A stretch of DNA of 64,000 nt from Candidatus Hydrogenedentota bacterium (lineage in GTDB: Bacteria; Hydrogenedentota; Hydrogenedentia; Hydrogenedentales; SLHB01), in contig BTWA01000033.1 of assembly GCA_045863295.1 (NCBI GenBank), positions 1-64,000 of the forward strand. The letters run 5' to 3'. The position numbers and the translations under genes were made by a program. This document shows, piece after piece, positions 19,934-29,288 of this stretch (the stretch's first letter is position 1; the number at the start of each line of letters is the position of its first letter). Below the pieces are notes generated by a model that saw nothing but the letters and a program-made list of their open reading frames with translations, ran no database searches and had not been told where the DNA came from.

Positions 19934-20666
19934 ACATACTGCCTCTCATATGACGCCCGCCATCGACAAATAGGACTTGTCCAGTGACAAACTCGCTCTT
20001 TAACAGATACATTCCCGCCTCGATCACATCGTCCAAATGACCGTAGCGGTTCAACGGATTGGATGCCGCCAGGCGGGCCAGATAGGCGTCGTCTTTGCCT
20101 TCGGGTGGCAATACGAGGCCAGGCGCAACCGCGTTGACTTGGACCTTCGGGGCATATTCAACCGCCATCATTCGGGTCAACGTAAACAGCATGCGCTTGC
20201 TAAGATGGTACGCGGCATGCTGCTTGTCATAATCGGCAATCAGGCAATCCAGTAGATTCAACACCGAACCACCGTGCCCGCAACGATGCAACGCCCGCCC
20301 CAACAACAGGGGCGCCATGGCATTGACATCCACGCACCGGTGCAACTCATCGGTTGAAAAAGCGTCCAGCGTGGATTCGGGAAAAATCGATGCATTATTG
20401 ACCACAATGTCCACGCGGCCCGCTGCGTCGACCGCACGCTGAAACAATGCGTTGACTTCGTCCGCTGTATCCAACGTTGCCTGCAATGCCCACGCTTGCG
20501 TGCCGGTCCGCCGAATCGAGTCAAGTAAGCCCTCTGCCTCAGATTGCGACTGCTGAAAATGGATAATAACGTTTGCACCGTCTCGGGCCAGCGCCGACGC
20601 GAAAGCCTGTCCAATTCGCTTCGCCCCACCGGTCACCAATGCGGTCATTCCAATGAGACTTCTCAC
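19926..20666 (-). CDS. pteridine reductase-type SDR (FolM/PTR1-like)
   Basis: TGGAKRIG, NNAS, YHLSK, VNAVAPG; first gene of the folB-folK-folE operon. Confidence 0.88.
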   Translation of the reverse strand: MRSLIGMTALVTGGAKRIGQAFASALARDGANVIIHFQQSQSEAEGLLDSIRRTGTQAWALQATLDTADEVNALFQRAVDAAGRVDIVVNNASIFPESTLDAFSTDELHRCVDVNAMAPLLLGRALHRCGHGGSVLNLLDCLIADYDKQHAAYHLSKRMLFTLTRMMAVEYAPKVQVNAVAPGLVLPPEGKDDAYLARLAASNPLNRYGHLDDVIEAGMYLLKSEFVTGQVLFVDGGRHMRGSMYG

Positions 20667-20777
20667 GGAAACAGACCGTCTAACATTGGGTCACCTCGCA
20701 GTAAGATTAACGTGCCGGTCAATTCGTTTTGCCAAGCGCAGCATAGACCATTCGAATTACCAGGTCTACCGAGGGCG

Positions 20778-20820
20778 AAAAAACGGACCGCCGGGGCAGG
20801 CCGCTGGCCGCCCCGGCGTC
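20778..20820 (-). terminator. intrinsic terminator downstream of the HtrA pair
   Basis: Stem CGCCGGGGC (20789-20797) / GCCCCGGCG (20810-20818) followed on the minus strand by T6. Confidence 0.75.
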
Positions 20821-20841
20821 ACACTAGTTGAATCCAATCGA

Positions 20842-21756
20842 TTACGGCTTTTCGGCGCCTTCCGCGGCGGGTGCGTCGCCCTCCGCAGGCGCGGCATCGG
20901 CCGACTCTTCGGCCGGGGCTTCTTCAGCAGGTACTTCCTCGGCCTTCTCCGGCGCTTGCGCTGCCACTTCCGCGATATCATCCGACGGAACAATCACCGC
21001 TATCATATTGTCGGAGAAATTGCTCATGAACGACATGGGACTGCCGCTTCCACCGCTGGAAGACCGCAACACCAATAAACCCACAGGGCCGCCGTCCACC
21101 GTAAAAACCGGCGATCCAAGACCCGAAAGGGTCTGTTCGCCGCCCGGGATATACAACGTGCGAGGACGGGTCACCACCGCTTCCACACGGGCCACTCCGG
21201 CGCTATACGCACGGAACGCAACCTGGCCCAACCGGTTCAATATGACTATCTGATCGAGCATCTCCGGCTTGCCCGCACCGGAAAGATCCACGAACGCCAT
21301 GGGCGTCGCCGGTTTTTCCTCGGGCCGGACAAACAATAGGTCCAGATCCTTGTCACGCAAAACGACCTTGCCCGGAATTTCCGTTCCGTCTTCAAGAAGA
21401 ATTTTCAAGTCGGAGATGACGCTTTTGAACTGCATCTGGCCGCCGCCCATCATATCGCCCATACCGGACATCATGCTCTCGTACATGGCCGTCGGATCCG
21501 TTTGAGACAAGGCGGTGACCGTCAACCCGGAGGGGTCCACAACAGTGCCCGTAACCTCGGCCGTGCTCTCTTCGTCCATTGACCCGGAACCCGGCATCGA
21601 AAACTGTTGCTTGATGACAATCTTGAGCGTAACGACCGCCGGTTTGTTCTTATCGAGAACGGCACGGCCCGCTTGGGCAATGTCGTCGGCCCAACTGACC
21701 GATGCAATCGCGGCCAGTCCGGCAATCAGGACACAAAAACGGGTATGCAGGTGCAT
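20842..21756 (-). CDS. secreted trypsin-fold protein, probably catalytically inactive
   Basis: Signal peptide; GTVVDPSGLTVT, DLDL and GSPVFTVDG align to the HtrA protease domain, but the catalytic His and Ser positions are substituted. Confidence 0.8.
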   Translation of the reverse strand: MHLHTRFCVLIAGLAAIASVSWADDIAQAGRAVLDKNKPAVVTLKIVIKQQFSMPGSGSMDEESTAEVTGTVVDPSGLTVTALSQTDPTAMYESMMSGMGDMMGGGQMQFKSVISDLKILLEDGTEIPGKVVLRDKDLDLLFVRPEEKPATPMAFVDLSGAGKPEMLDQIVILNRLGQVAFRAYSAGVARVEAVVTRPRTLYIPGGEQTLSGLGSPVFTVDGGPVGLLVLRSSSGGSGSPMSFMSNFSDNMIAVIVPSDDIAEVAAQAPEKAEEVPAEEAPAEESADAAPAEGDAPAAEGAEKP

Positions 21757-23817
21757 TTAATTCTCCTTTGCCACCACGTCCGTAGTGGTCCAGTTGGGTT
21801 CCAGTTCCAGGAAGATTGCATAGATGCCACGTAACACTTTCACGGTGATGGCCTTTGGCTGCTTCTCGGCAATGCCTGCCATCAACGTCTCGATCCCTTC
21901 CACATTGGCCACCGTCTGGCTGTCAACTTCCAGAATGAGATCGCCCACGTCCAATCCGCCAATGGCCGCCCAGCCGCCCATGGTGACTTCCGTCACCAGC
22001 ACGCCCGCCTGCTCTTCGCTCCACTTCTCGCCCACCCGATCGAAGAACGTAATATCGCGGCCCTTGAATTCAAAATTCAGGTCTTCGTACTCCTTCATTT
22101 CCCGCTGTTCGTCCGGCGAGGCCTTCAATTCCACTGGAACCGCAATCTTTTCTCCTTGCCTTAAAACGTTCAGCTGAGCCGTTGTGCCAATTTCATACTG
22201 ACGGATTAGCGTTGCCAACTCTTCGTAATCCTCGGGCGCATCGGCCTCCAGCGGAATCCCGTCAACCGCATAGATTAGGTCCCCCACCTGAAGTCCGGCT
22301 GCTTCGGCGGTCGTATGTGGATACACTTGCGTGATACGAAAGCCCTTCAATCCATTGTTCCCAATTTGCGTGGCCATGTCTCGCGTAATGACCTGGGTCG
22401 CCACCGGGAGCCACGCCTTCTTCACCGCACGGCCGGGATCCGGCAGATCCTTGATACCCACCTTCACCACAGTCACCAGCTTCTGTGTCTTGCGCTCGAA
22501 TTCTACCAATACCGGCGCCGGAGCCGTCTTGTCCTTGACGAATTCTTCCGTGAAGGCGTCTAATTCCTCGATAGACTTGATCGGCGTTCCATTTACTGCG
22601 ACGATTACATCTGCGCGCTGCATACTCGGCTTCGCATCCCCCACGGGGCCGCCAGGACGCACCGAAGTTACAAGTGCGCCCTCTGCATTCGCGCGCTTCA
22701 TCGTTTTTGCCAGCACATACGACAAATTCTGAACCGTGATGCCCCAACGCTTGAACTCGCGCTCTTTGGGCATAACCTTTTCTCGCTCCGCCGGAGTCAC
22801 CGTCAGCGTCACTTCGTTGCCGTCGCGAAGTACTACGACAGGAACCGCTTTCCCAATCGTCAGATTGGCAACCGTCAAATTGATAATCGGAATTTGCTCT
22901 TCAAAACGGGCATTGGTTTCGTGGCCGTCAATGCTGAGCATAATATCGCCGGATTGAAATCCGGCCGCGTCGGCAGGCGATCCTTCTATCGCGCTCTGCA
23001 CAAGCACACCGCGCCGGTCTTCCACGTGCCGAAGCTGTGGTTGAAGACTCACGCCAATCCACGCGCGCTGAACCGATCCGCGCTCCATCAACTCTTCGGC
23101 AACCGATTTCGCCAAATTTCCGGGGATGGCACCGCCCAGACCTATGCTGATTTCATTGATTCCCACTATTTCGCCTGCGAGATTCACCAACGGACCGCCA
23201 GAATTTCCGCCGTAGATGTCGGCATCGTGGCCAATCCAACGCACCAGTGAACCCACATCTTCGCCATCCAAAGTAAATCCACCCCAATCCCGGTAAGGCA
23301 TAACCAGTTCATTGTTGCTGACTATGCCCAGTGTCACGCTCTGCGAAAGGGCCATCGGACTGCCCATCGACATCACCGTATCGCCCACGCGAACCGCATC
23401 CGAATCGCCAAATTGGGCGACGGGAAATTTACGGCCATCGGGATTCTCTAGCTTGATAACCGCGATGTCCGTCATCGCATCGGTACCGACCAACTCGCCT
23501 TCCACGACTTCCCGATCCGCCATCGTGCAAAAGATGCGCGTTGCATGACCGGCCACGTGATGATTCGTGATGACGTACCCCGCTTCCCGAATAATGGCCC
23601 CGCTGCCGCTGGCCTCATACTTGACCTCCCGCCCTTCGCTATACTCGGTCCAAACCACGTGAATGCGAACTAGTGCCGGCTTAACTCGCGCCACCGCCGC
23701 ATCGACTTGCGCGCGAACGCTGTCCGGCAGCGCGGGGGTAGATTCCTGCGCTTGAACCGGAGATAAAACGATCGCCGAACAAATCATTAAGACCGGGAGG
23801 ACGAACCGATGTTTCAT
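21757..23817 (-). CDS. HtrA/DegP-like serine protease with four PDZ domains
   Basis: Signal peptide; triad TNHHV, TDIAV, GNSGGP; four PDZ-like repeats. Confidence 0.92.
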   Translation of the reverse strand: MKHRFVLPVLMICSAIVLSPVQAQESTPALPDSVRAQVDAAVARVKPALVRIHVVWTEYSEGREVKYEASGSGAIIREAGYVITNHHVAGHATRIFCTMADREVVEGELVGTDAMTDIAVIKLENPDGRKFPVAQFGDSDAVRVGDTVMSMGSPMALSQSVTLGIVSNNELVMPYRDWGGFTLDGEDVGSLVRWIGHDADIYGGNSGGPLVNLAGEIVGINEISIGLGGAIPGNLAKSVAEELMERGSVQRAWIGVSLQPQLRHVEDRRGVLVQSAIEGSPADAAGFQSGDIMLSIDGHETNARFEEQIPIINLTVANLTIGKAVPVVVLRDGNEVTLTVTPAEREKVMPKEREFKRWGITVQNLSYVLAKTMKRANAEGALVTSVRPGGPVGDAKPSMQRADVIVAVNGTPIKSIEELDAFTEEFVKDKTAPAPVLVEFERKTQKLVTVVKVGIKDLPDPGRAVKKAWLPVATQVITRDMATQIGNNGLKGFRITQVYPHTTAEAAGLQVGDLIYAVDGIPLEADAPEDYEELATLIRQYEIGTTAQLNVLRQGEKIAVPVELKASPDEQREMKEYEDLNFEFKGRDITFFDRVGEKWSEEQAGVLVTEVTMGGWAAIGGLDVGDLILEVDSQTVANVEGIETLMAGIAEKQPKAITVKVLRGIYAIFLELEPNWTTTDVVAKEN

Positions 23818-23983
23818 GGGGTGACTCCAACTTCCTGTGGGGTTTTCAAGACAACAAGCATATCCGTCAAATGCCGCGCGGAGCAAACCGGATTCGCGCG
23901 CTTGCGTGAGGTCGCGAGTAGACCAGCCGGTCTAGAGGCAAATTGTTCCGCCAAATCCGCCCGTAGCATCGGGAAAGCACCGA

Positions 23984-24012
23984 ATTATCACTGACCAATA
24001 GCACAGTGTCAA
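23984..24012 (-). promoter_or_regulatory. sigma70-type promoter for the HtrA operon
   Basis: TTGACA (24012-24007), 17 nt, GATAAT (23989-23984). Confidence 0.65.
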
Positions 24013-24085
24013 GCACAGACCGCGCGAGCACAACAATTGAGCCTCACCAGAGGGATGACCAAACCGGGAACAATAAACCTGGGTT

Positions 24086-24114
24086 TTGAGTCCTTTTCGT
24101 GGCCCCGCTACAAT
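24086..24114 (+). promoter_or_regulatory. sigma70-type promoter for the AI-2E gene
   Basis: TTGAGT, 17 nt, TACAAT. Confidence 0.6.
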
Positions 24115-24181
24115 GCGTGCGGCAAATCATCGCGCTGACCAGCCGGTTTTCAAGTCGGATGTGAACAAGGAGAAGTGCTGC

Positions 24182-25885
24182 ATGCTCGATCCCGTTTTGA
24201 AAAACCCGTGGGTACGGGCCGTCGGCGTCCTGCTTGCCCTGGGACTGCTGGTGTTTCTGGTCTACATCCTGCGCCCCGTGCTCATCCCACTCTTCTTGGC
24301 ATTCCTCGTTGCATATGTGCTGGACCCGGTGGTCGATCAATTTGAAGCCCGCAAAATCTCGCGTGGCAAAGCCATCGCCGTGCTCGGCGCACTGGGTGCC
24401 GTTGTTTTCGTTACCTTTCCTTTCATCCTGGGAGCAAGCGTGTTCAACCAGGCTACCACCATGATAAATACCGCGCGAGGCCACCAGACGCAACCTGTCA
24501 GCGCGTATTGCAGAAATTGCGCGCAATACACCCCCGCGGCAGATGCCACTTATCTCGAAGACGGTACAATCGAATGCCCGAATTGCCACAAACCCATTTT
24601 CGAAGTCATCGTGGAATGCAATAAGTGTGGACAGACCAATCCCACCGCGCTGTACGAAGTCAACGACAAAGGCGATAAAATCTCCACGATCGCGGAAGAC
24701 GGTACCATCGCATGCAAGGATTGCGGCAATCGGGTGCCTGTAAAACGATCAAGAGGATGGCTCGACGCCATCGCAGATCGTTTGCCCCTCGACGATTTTG
24801 TCCACGCCATGGGATGGGTGGACGCGGAAGGCAATGTCATCCGCGCGGAGCCCTTCTACATCCCCAAAGTTACTGAAGAAAGTGCCGCGCTGACCCTGAC
24901 AGATGCAGCCCAGGCGCCTGGAGGAGAAACGGGCGTGCCAGCAATACCACCACCTGCCATTCCGGGCGCGGCACCCGCGCCAAATCCAGATGGGGTGGCC
25001 AGCGTTCCGGCCGATAAATCGGACCAAACAGGTGAACTCGCATCTACCCCCGAAGTGGCGCCCTTGCCCGAGGAAACGCCTGAAATCGATGCGTTGGCCG
25101 TAATTGCTGAAAAAACAGCCGAAGCCATTCGAAACAATGCCTTGCAGTTTTTTCAGTCCAACGCGCGCGCCCTCGCCAGCGCGGGTCAGCAGGCGGGCCT
25201 GACGGTTACCGGATTCATAGCCTACCTTGGCAATTCGTTGATGCAGACAATACTTTTTATTGCGAACTTTGCGCTCTTCGCATTTGTGGCGGGATACCTG
25301 CTCAAAGACTTTGATCGCATTGTGGCTGCTACAAGAGATCTGCTCCCGCGCAAACACGCAACGAAAGTGGCCGACATCGCAAGCCAGATCGACGATCAAC
25401 TGCGCAGCTTCCTGCGTGGGCAGATGACCGTCGCGCTGTGCTTGGGTGCCATGTACTTCCTGGGATTCTTCTTGTCCGGTGTGCCTTTTGCATTCCTGAT
25501 CGCGTTGTTTGGAATTGTCGCGAGTTTTATCCCGTTTGTCGGTGTCACCATGGTCGCGATCATTGCGCTCGTGCTCACGCTGATGACGCATCAATTGGAT
25601 TGGCATCTGGCCGGGGTTTTGATTACGGTTGGGCTTGCCCAGTTTCTGGAAGGAAATGTACTCACACCGAAGATAGTCGGCGACAAGGTGGGCCTAAACC
25701 CCGTGTGGGTTATACTGGCCGTGATGGTGTTCGGGAATTTTCTGGGCTTTCTGGGCTTGCTTCTGGCTGTGCCTATCGCAGCGTCGCTCAAGGTACTTGT
25801 GGTGGAAGCCGTCAAATACTACAAAACATCGCCCGTTTTCGCGGGGGTGGGCTCGGATGATTCATCATCCGGTGATTCCACCTGA
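24182..25885 (+). CDS. AI-2E (PerM/TqsA) family transporter with a zinc-ribbon insertion
   Basis: LAFLVAYVLDP, FLRGQ, FIPFVG, EGNVLTPKIVG, GLLLAVP; AAGGAG RBS; four CxxC motifs in the insert. Confidence 0.9.
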   Translation: MLDPVLKNPWVRAVGVLLALGLLVFLVYILRPVLIPLFLAFLVAYVLDPVVDQFEARKISRGKAIAVLGALGAVVFVTFPFILGASVFNQATTMINTARGHQTQPVSAYCRNCAQYTPAADATYLEDGTIECPNCHKPIFEVIVECNKCGQTNPTALYEVNDKGDKISTIAEDGTIACKDCGNRVPVKRSRGWLDAIADRLPLDDFVHAMGWVDAEGNVIRAEPFYIPKVTEESAALTLTDAAQAPGGETGVPAIPPPAIPGAAPAPNPDGVASVPADKSDQTGELASTPEVAPLPEETPEIDALAVIAEKTAEAIRNNALQFFQSNARALASAGQQAGLTVTGFIAYLGNSLMQTILFIANFALFAFVAGYLLKDFDRIVAATRDLLPRKHATKVADIASQIDDQLRSFLRGQMTVALCLGAMYFLGFFLSGVPFAFLIALFGIVASFIPFVGVTMVAIIALVLTLMTHQLDWHLAGVLITVGLAQFLEGNVLTPKIVGDKVGLNPVWVILAVMVFGNFLGFLGLLLAVPIAASLKVLVVEAVKYYKTSPVFAGVGSDDSSSGDST

Positions 25886-26691
25886 CCGCGGCTCCACTGA
25901 ATCACATTGCGCACAATGGAATTCGCCACGCCAAACAAACAGTAACTCGCGGCCAATGGAAATAACACAATGGACGGGTGATGCCGGCTAGCCTGGTCAA
26001 ACACGGCAATAGCCACTGCGACGAATGCCAGAAAACGAAAACCGCTGCGCGGCGCAAGCACCATGGACTTCATCTTATCCTTTGGATACGGCACCGTACT
26101 GACCATCAGATACGCAAGCCCCAGAGTAATTGGACTGAGAATCCAAAAGGCAACCTGAATCCCAAAGTATTGGGTAAACAATACAAACGAGGCGATTGTA
26201 ATGCCGGCCGCGGGACTGGGCAACCCAATAAAATTCTCACGCATTTCCGCTTGAAATACGTTGAACCGGGCAAGACGCAACGCCGCGCAAATCCCATAAA
26301 TGATCGCCATTACCGATCCGGTCTGCGATACCATGCTCTGCTCTTCCGGGATGTACGTGACGTACACCAGGATCGCCGGGGCAACACCGAAGGACACGAC
26401 GTCACACAGACTGTCAAACTGCTTTCCAAACTCGGATACGCTCTTGGTCAGCCGGGCCACCAGACCATCCAACACGTCGAAAATGAGCGCGGCAAATATC
26501 AGATACGCTGCCTTCTCCAGCTTCCCCTCGAATGCCGCGATGATGGAAGCAATGCCGCAATACAGGTTGAGTGATGTGATTACACTGGCCAACACATTAA
26601 TGGGTCTGCGCCGGTGCTGCCGCCTGCGTGCATTTCGCTTCAGGGGGTTGCGCCGCATTGCGTTTCGCTTAATTCTGGCCATGGCACTCAT
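25819..26691 (-). CDS. pssA: CDP-diacylglycerol--serine O-phosphatidyltransferase
   Basis: DxxDGxxAR...GxxxDSxCD motif, RLARFN, FIGLPSP; adjacent to psd. Confidence 0.95.
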   Translation of the reverse strand: MSAMARIKRNAMRRNPLKRNARRRQHRRRPINVLASVITSLNLYCGIASIIAAFEGKLEKAAYLIFAALIFDVLDGLVARLTKSVSEFGKQFDSLCDVVSFGVAPAILVYVTYIPEEQSMVSQTGSVMAIIYGICAALRLARFNVFQAEMRENFIGLPSPAAGITIASFVLFTQYFGIQVAFWILSPITLGLAYLMVSTVPYPKDKMKSMVLAPRSGFRFLAFVAVAIAVFDQASRHHPSIVLFPLAASYCLFGVANSIVRNVIQWSRGQVESPDDESSEPTPAKTGDVL

Positions 26692-26692
26692 G

Positions 26693-27355
26693 TCACTGTT
26701 CCCGAAGATACGCCACAATGCTGGACCCGCCTCGAACCTTTTCCCGAAGCGTGACATGGATGTCCGCTCCGGCTGGCAGGTACAACTCTGTTCGCGATCC
26801 AAATTTTATCATGCCTAACCGCGCGCCTTTTGGCAAATGGTCGCCTGGCTTGACGATACACACGATCCTGCGTGCCACCGCACCGGAGATTTGGCGCACG
26901 GTCATGGACCCCCGGCTCGTTTGCAGATGGACCGCATTGGACTCGTTGATCTGACTGGTTTCCGGCTTCATGGCGTTCTTGAACTGGCCCGGCTTGTACT
27001 GCACTCGGGTCACCTCCCCGTCGAAGGGGATTCGGTTCACATGAACGTTGAACACGTTGAGAAATATGGAGATACGGACGCACGGCCCTTCGTAATGATC
27101 GTGATTATCGAAATTCTCAATGGCCACCACCAGCCCGTCCGCAGGACTCACTACCGCCGCCGGATCCAGCGATATGGCACGATGCGGGTCGCGGAAGAAG
27201 TTGAGCGTGAACACCCCCGCACCCAGCAAGACCACGCCCAAGGCAACCCAAATAGCGCCCCACGCGAACCCCAATCCGATCATTGCCGCGCCCGCGGCCA
27301 GAAGTGGAAGATAATACGGAAGGCCCACTTTCCAGGCCCGGAACGATTCGGTCAC
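26693..27355 (-). CDS. psd: phosphatidylserine decarboxylase proenzyme
   Basis: FFRDP, SPADG, HVNR and the cleavage motif KFGSR. Confidence 0.96.
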   Translation of the reverse strand: MTESFRAWKVGLPYYLPLLAAGAAMIGLGFAWGAIWVALGVVLLGAGVFTLNFFRDPHRAISLDPAAVVSPADGLVVAIENFDNHDHYEGPCVRISIFLNVFNVHVNRIPFDGEVTRVQYKPGQFKNAMKPETSQINESNAVHLQTSRGSMTVRQISGAVARRIVCIVKPGDHLPKGARLGMIKFGSRTELYLPAGADIHVTLREKVRGGSSIVAYLREQ

Positions 27356-28050
27356 AACAAATTCCTTTCCTGCATACTCACGTACCGGCCATCGCCAAAG
27401 ACGATATGATCCAACACCCGCACCCCGAGTAAATTCCCGCTCTCTACCAGTTGCTTGGTAAGCTTTATATCAGTCCGGCTGGGTTCGGGGTCGCCGCTGG
27501 GGTGGTTGTGACAGAAGATCACCGCGGACGCGCCTTCGCGAACGGCCTGCTTGAACACGTCGCGCGGCAGCGCCACGGTGGAGTCGAGTCCGCCTTTCGA
27601 GGCCACCACGGTCTTCAAGACTTCGTTCTTTGTATTGAGAAGTACGACGTGGAATTCTTCGGTCTCGCACTCTTTGAACCGGAGCATAAGTAATTTCGAT
27701 ACGTCTTCGGCGGTGGTGATTTTGGGCCGGGTGCGTTCGGTGAATTCCGCCAGGCGCCTGCCCAACTCCAGAGCGGCCTTGATCTCGATGGCTTTGACAC
27801 GCCCCAATCCCTTGACTTTCTGGAGTTCATCTACGGACGCACGGGCGATGGCGCGCAATCCCCCGAACTCGCGAATCAGGTTTTCCGCGAGGGCTACCGC
27901 CCCAAAGTCCTTGGTCCCGGTTCGAAAAAGCACCGCAAGTAATTCGGCGTCACGTAGAGCTTCCGGGCCAAGCCGCTCCAAACGTTCCCGGGGCCGTTCT
28001 TCCGGCGGCATTTCCCGGACCGCCGTTGAGTATTCCCTCCGGGCATTCAC
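27352..28050 (-). CDS. radC: RadC-family JAB domain protein
   Basis: ERPRERL, HhH region, HNHPSGDPEPS, LDHIV. Confidence 0.96.
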   Translation of the reverse strand: MNARREYSTAVREMPPEERPRERLERLGPEALRDAELLAVLFRTGTKDFGAVALAENLIREFGGLRAIARASVDELQKVKGLGRVKAIEIKAALELGRRLAEFTERTRPKITTAEDVSKLLMLRFKECETEEFHVVLLNTKNEVLKTVVASKGGLDSTVALPRDVFKQAVREGASAVIFCHNHPSGDPEPSRTDIKLTKQLVESGNLLGVRVLDHIVFGDGRYVSMQERNLL

Positions 28051-28889
28051 TCAGGCCAGCATCCCTGCACAATGCGATCGATTCCCGCCAAATCCTTTCG
28101 GACGGCCAAGTTTACGAATCCGCGGGCCCGCATCATTTCGGTTACGCGGTTGGCCTGTCCCATCCCCACTTCCATGGCCAAAAGTCCGCCGGGCCGTATA
28201 AATTTGGGTGCGGAAAGTACGATACGCCAGATCACGTCCAGTCCGTCCGCACCGGCAAACAACGCCCGGGGGTCTTCGTGCATGCGGATCACCTGCGACA
28301 ACTGAGCCCAAGCGGCGTCTTCGACGTAGGGTGGATTGGACATGATCACATCAAACCGGCGATGCTCGCTGGGTACAGCCGTGTACAGATCGCCTTGCCG
28401 GACTTGAATGCGATCGCCCAATCCATGGCGTTCGGCGTTCTCCCGGGCAAGACGTACGGCGATTGGGCTGATGTCCGTGGCTACGACCTCGATGGCTGTC
28501 GCATGCCTAGCGACAGCGCACGCCACACATCCGGTTCCCGTACATAGATCCAAAGCGGACAACGGACGAGCACCCACGAACGAGACAACGGCCTCAACCA
28601 GATGCTCGGTTTCCGGCCTGGGAACCAGTAACGGGGGCTGAATACGGAACTCCATGGCGAAGAATTCCCACGATTCGAGGATGTAGGCGATGGGTTCGTG
28701 GCGAAGCCTTCGTTGAATGTACCCATCGAAAACCGGGACATGGACCTCTTCGTGTTGCCGGGTGAGGAGTTGCGTCCGCGTCCAGCCCAAGGCGTGGGCC
28801 AGCAGCAGTTCGGCATCGAAACGGGGCGTTTCCGTAACTGGTGTAAGGGTGGCCGTGGCTTCATGCAGATGCTGGGCAAGCGTGCTCAT
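28047..28889 (-). CDS. prmC: release factor glutamine methyltransferase
   Basis: EPIAYI, PRPETE, DLCTGTG, NPPY. Confidence 0.96.
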   Translation of the reverse strand: MSTLAQHLHEATATLTPVTETPRFDAELLLAHALGWTRTQLLTRQHEEVHVPVFDGYIQRRLRHEPIAYILESWEFFAMEFRIQPPLLVPRPETEHLVEAVVSFVGARPLSALDLCTGTGCVACAVARHATAIEVVATDISPIAVRLARENAERHGLGDRIQVRQGDLYTAVPSEHRRFDVIMSNPPYVEDAAWAQLSQVIRMHEDPRALFAGADGLDVIWRIVLSAPKFIRPGGLLAMEVGMGQANRVTEMMRARGFVNLAVRKDLAGIDRIVQGCWPE

Positions 28890-29020
28890 ACGTGTCTGCT
28901 CCCGCCGCAAATGTTGCAAGGACCCTTGTGCTTCCGCGTGTACTCTTTGCACGATGGACAACTTGTGATTTGATTTCGTATACGGTCAGCGCGCGAACAT
29001 TCTGCCATTGCTTCCGACAT
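28886..29020 (-). CDS. possible small zinc-ribbon protein (about 44 aa)
   Basis: CPSC-x6-H-x3-CNICG; its stop overlaps the prmC ATG. RBS is weak and the start is uncertain. Confidence 0.3.
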   Translation of the reverse strand: MSEAMAECSRADRIRNQITSCPSCKEYTRKHKGPCNICGGSRHV

Positions 29021-29273
29021 GACGTCGCATGGGCGGTCTCTGGATTCCTCGTGAAGGCGGAGATGCAGTCCAAAGCCGTGACCCACACAATGCGCTCCCA
29101 CGCTATCCGAATCACAAATGAGGCGCGGCGGCGCCTGACGATTCCCCATTTCTGTTGCGCACCCACGAAGCGTTGTGTATTTCGTCCAAGCAGGGAAAGC
29201 AGGCGGCACCGTTCTTGCCGTGTTGATAGTATAGTAAAAATTCGTGCAGGACGGAAGGGGTAACGCGCAAAAG

Positions 29274-29282
29274 TTATCCACA
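29274..29282 (+). promoter_or_regulatory. perfect DnaA box
   Basis: TTATCCACA in the prfA-prmC intergenic region; function unproven. Confidence 0.4.
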
Positions 29283-29288
29283 GCCAAA

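Noticed and set aside
24575..24589. CPNCH as a c-type heme site in the AI-2E insert
   Set aside because: It is one of four CxxC motifs and the duplicated unit has CKDCG, so a zinc ribbon is more parsimonious; heme binding is not fully excluded.
27352..28050. radC as a marker of a mobile element
   Set aside because: It is the full-length chromosomal type, coupled to prmC and psd, with no integrase or transposase nearby.
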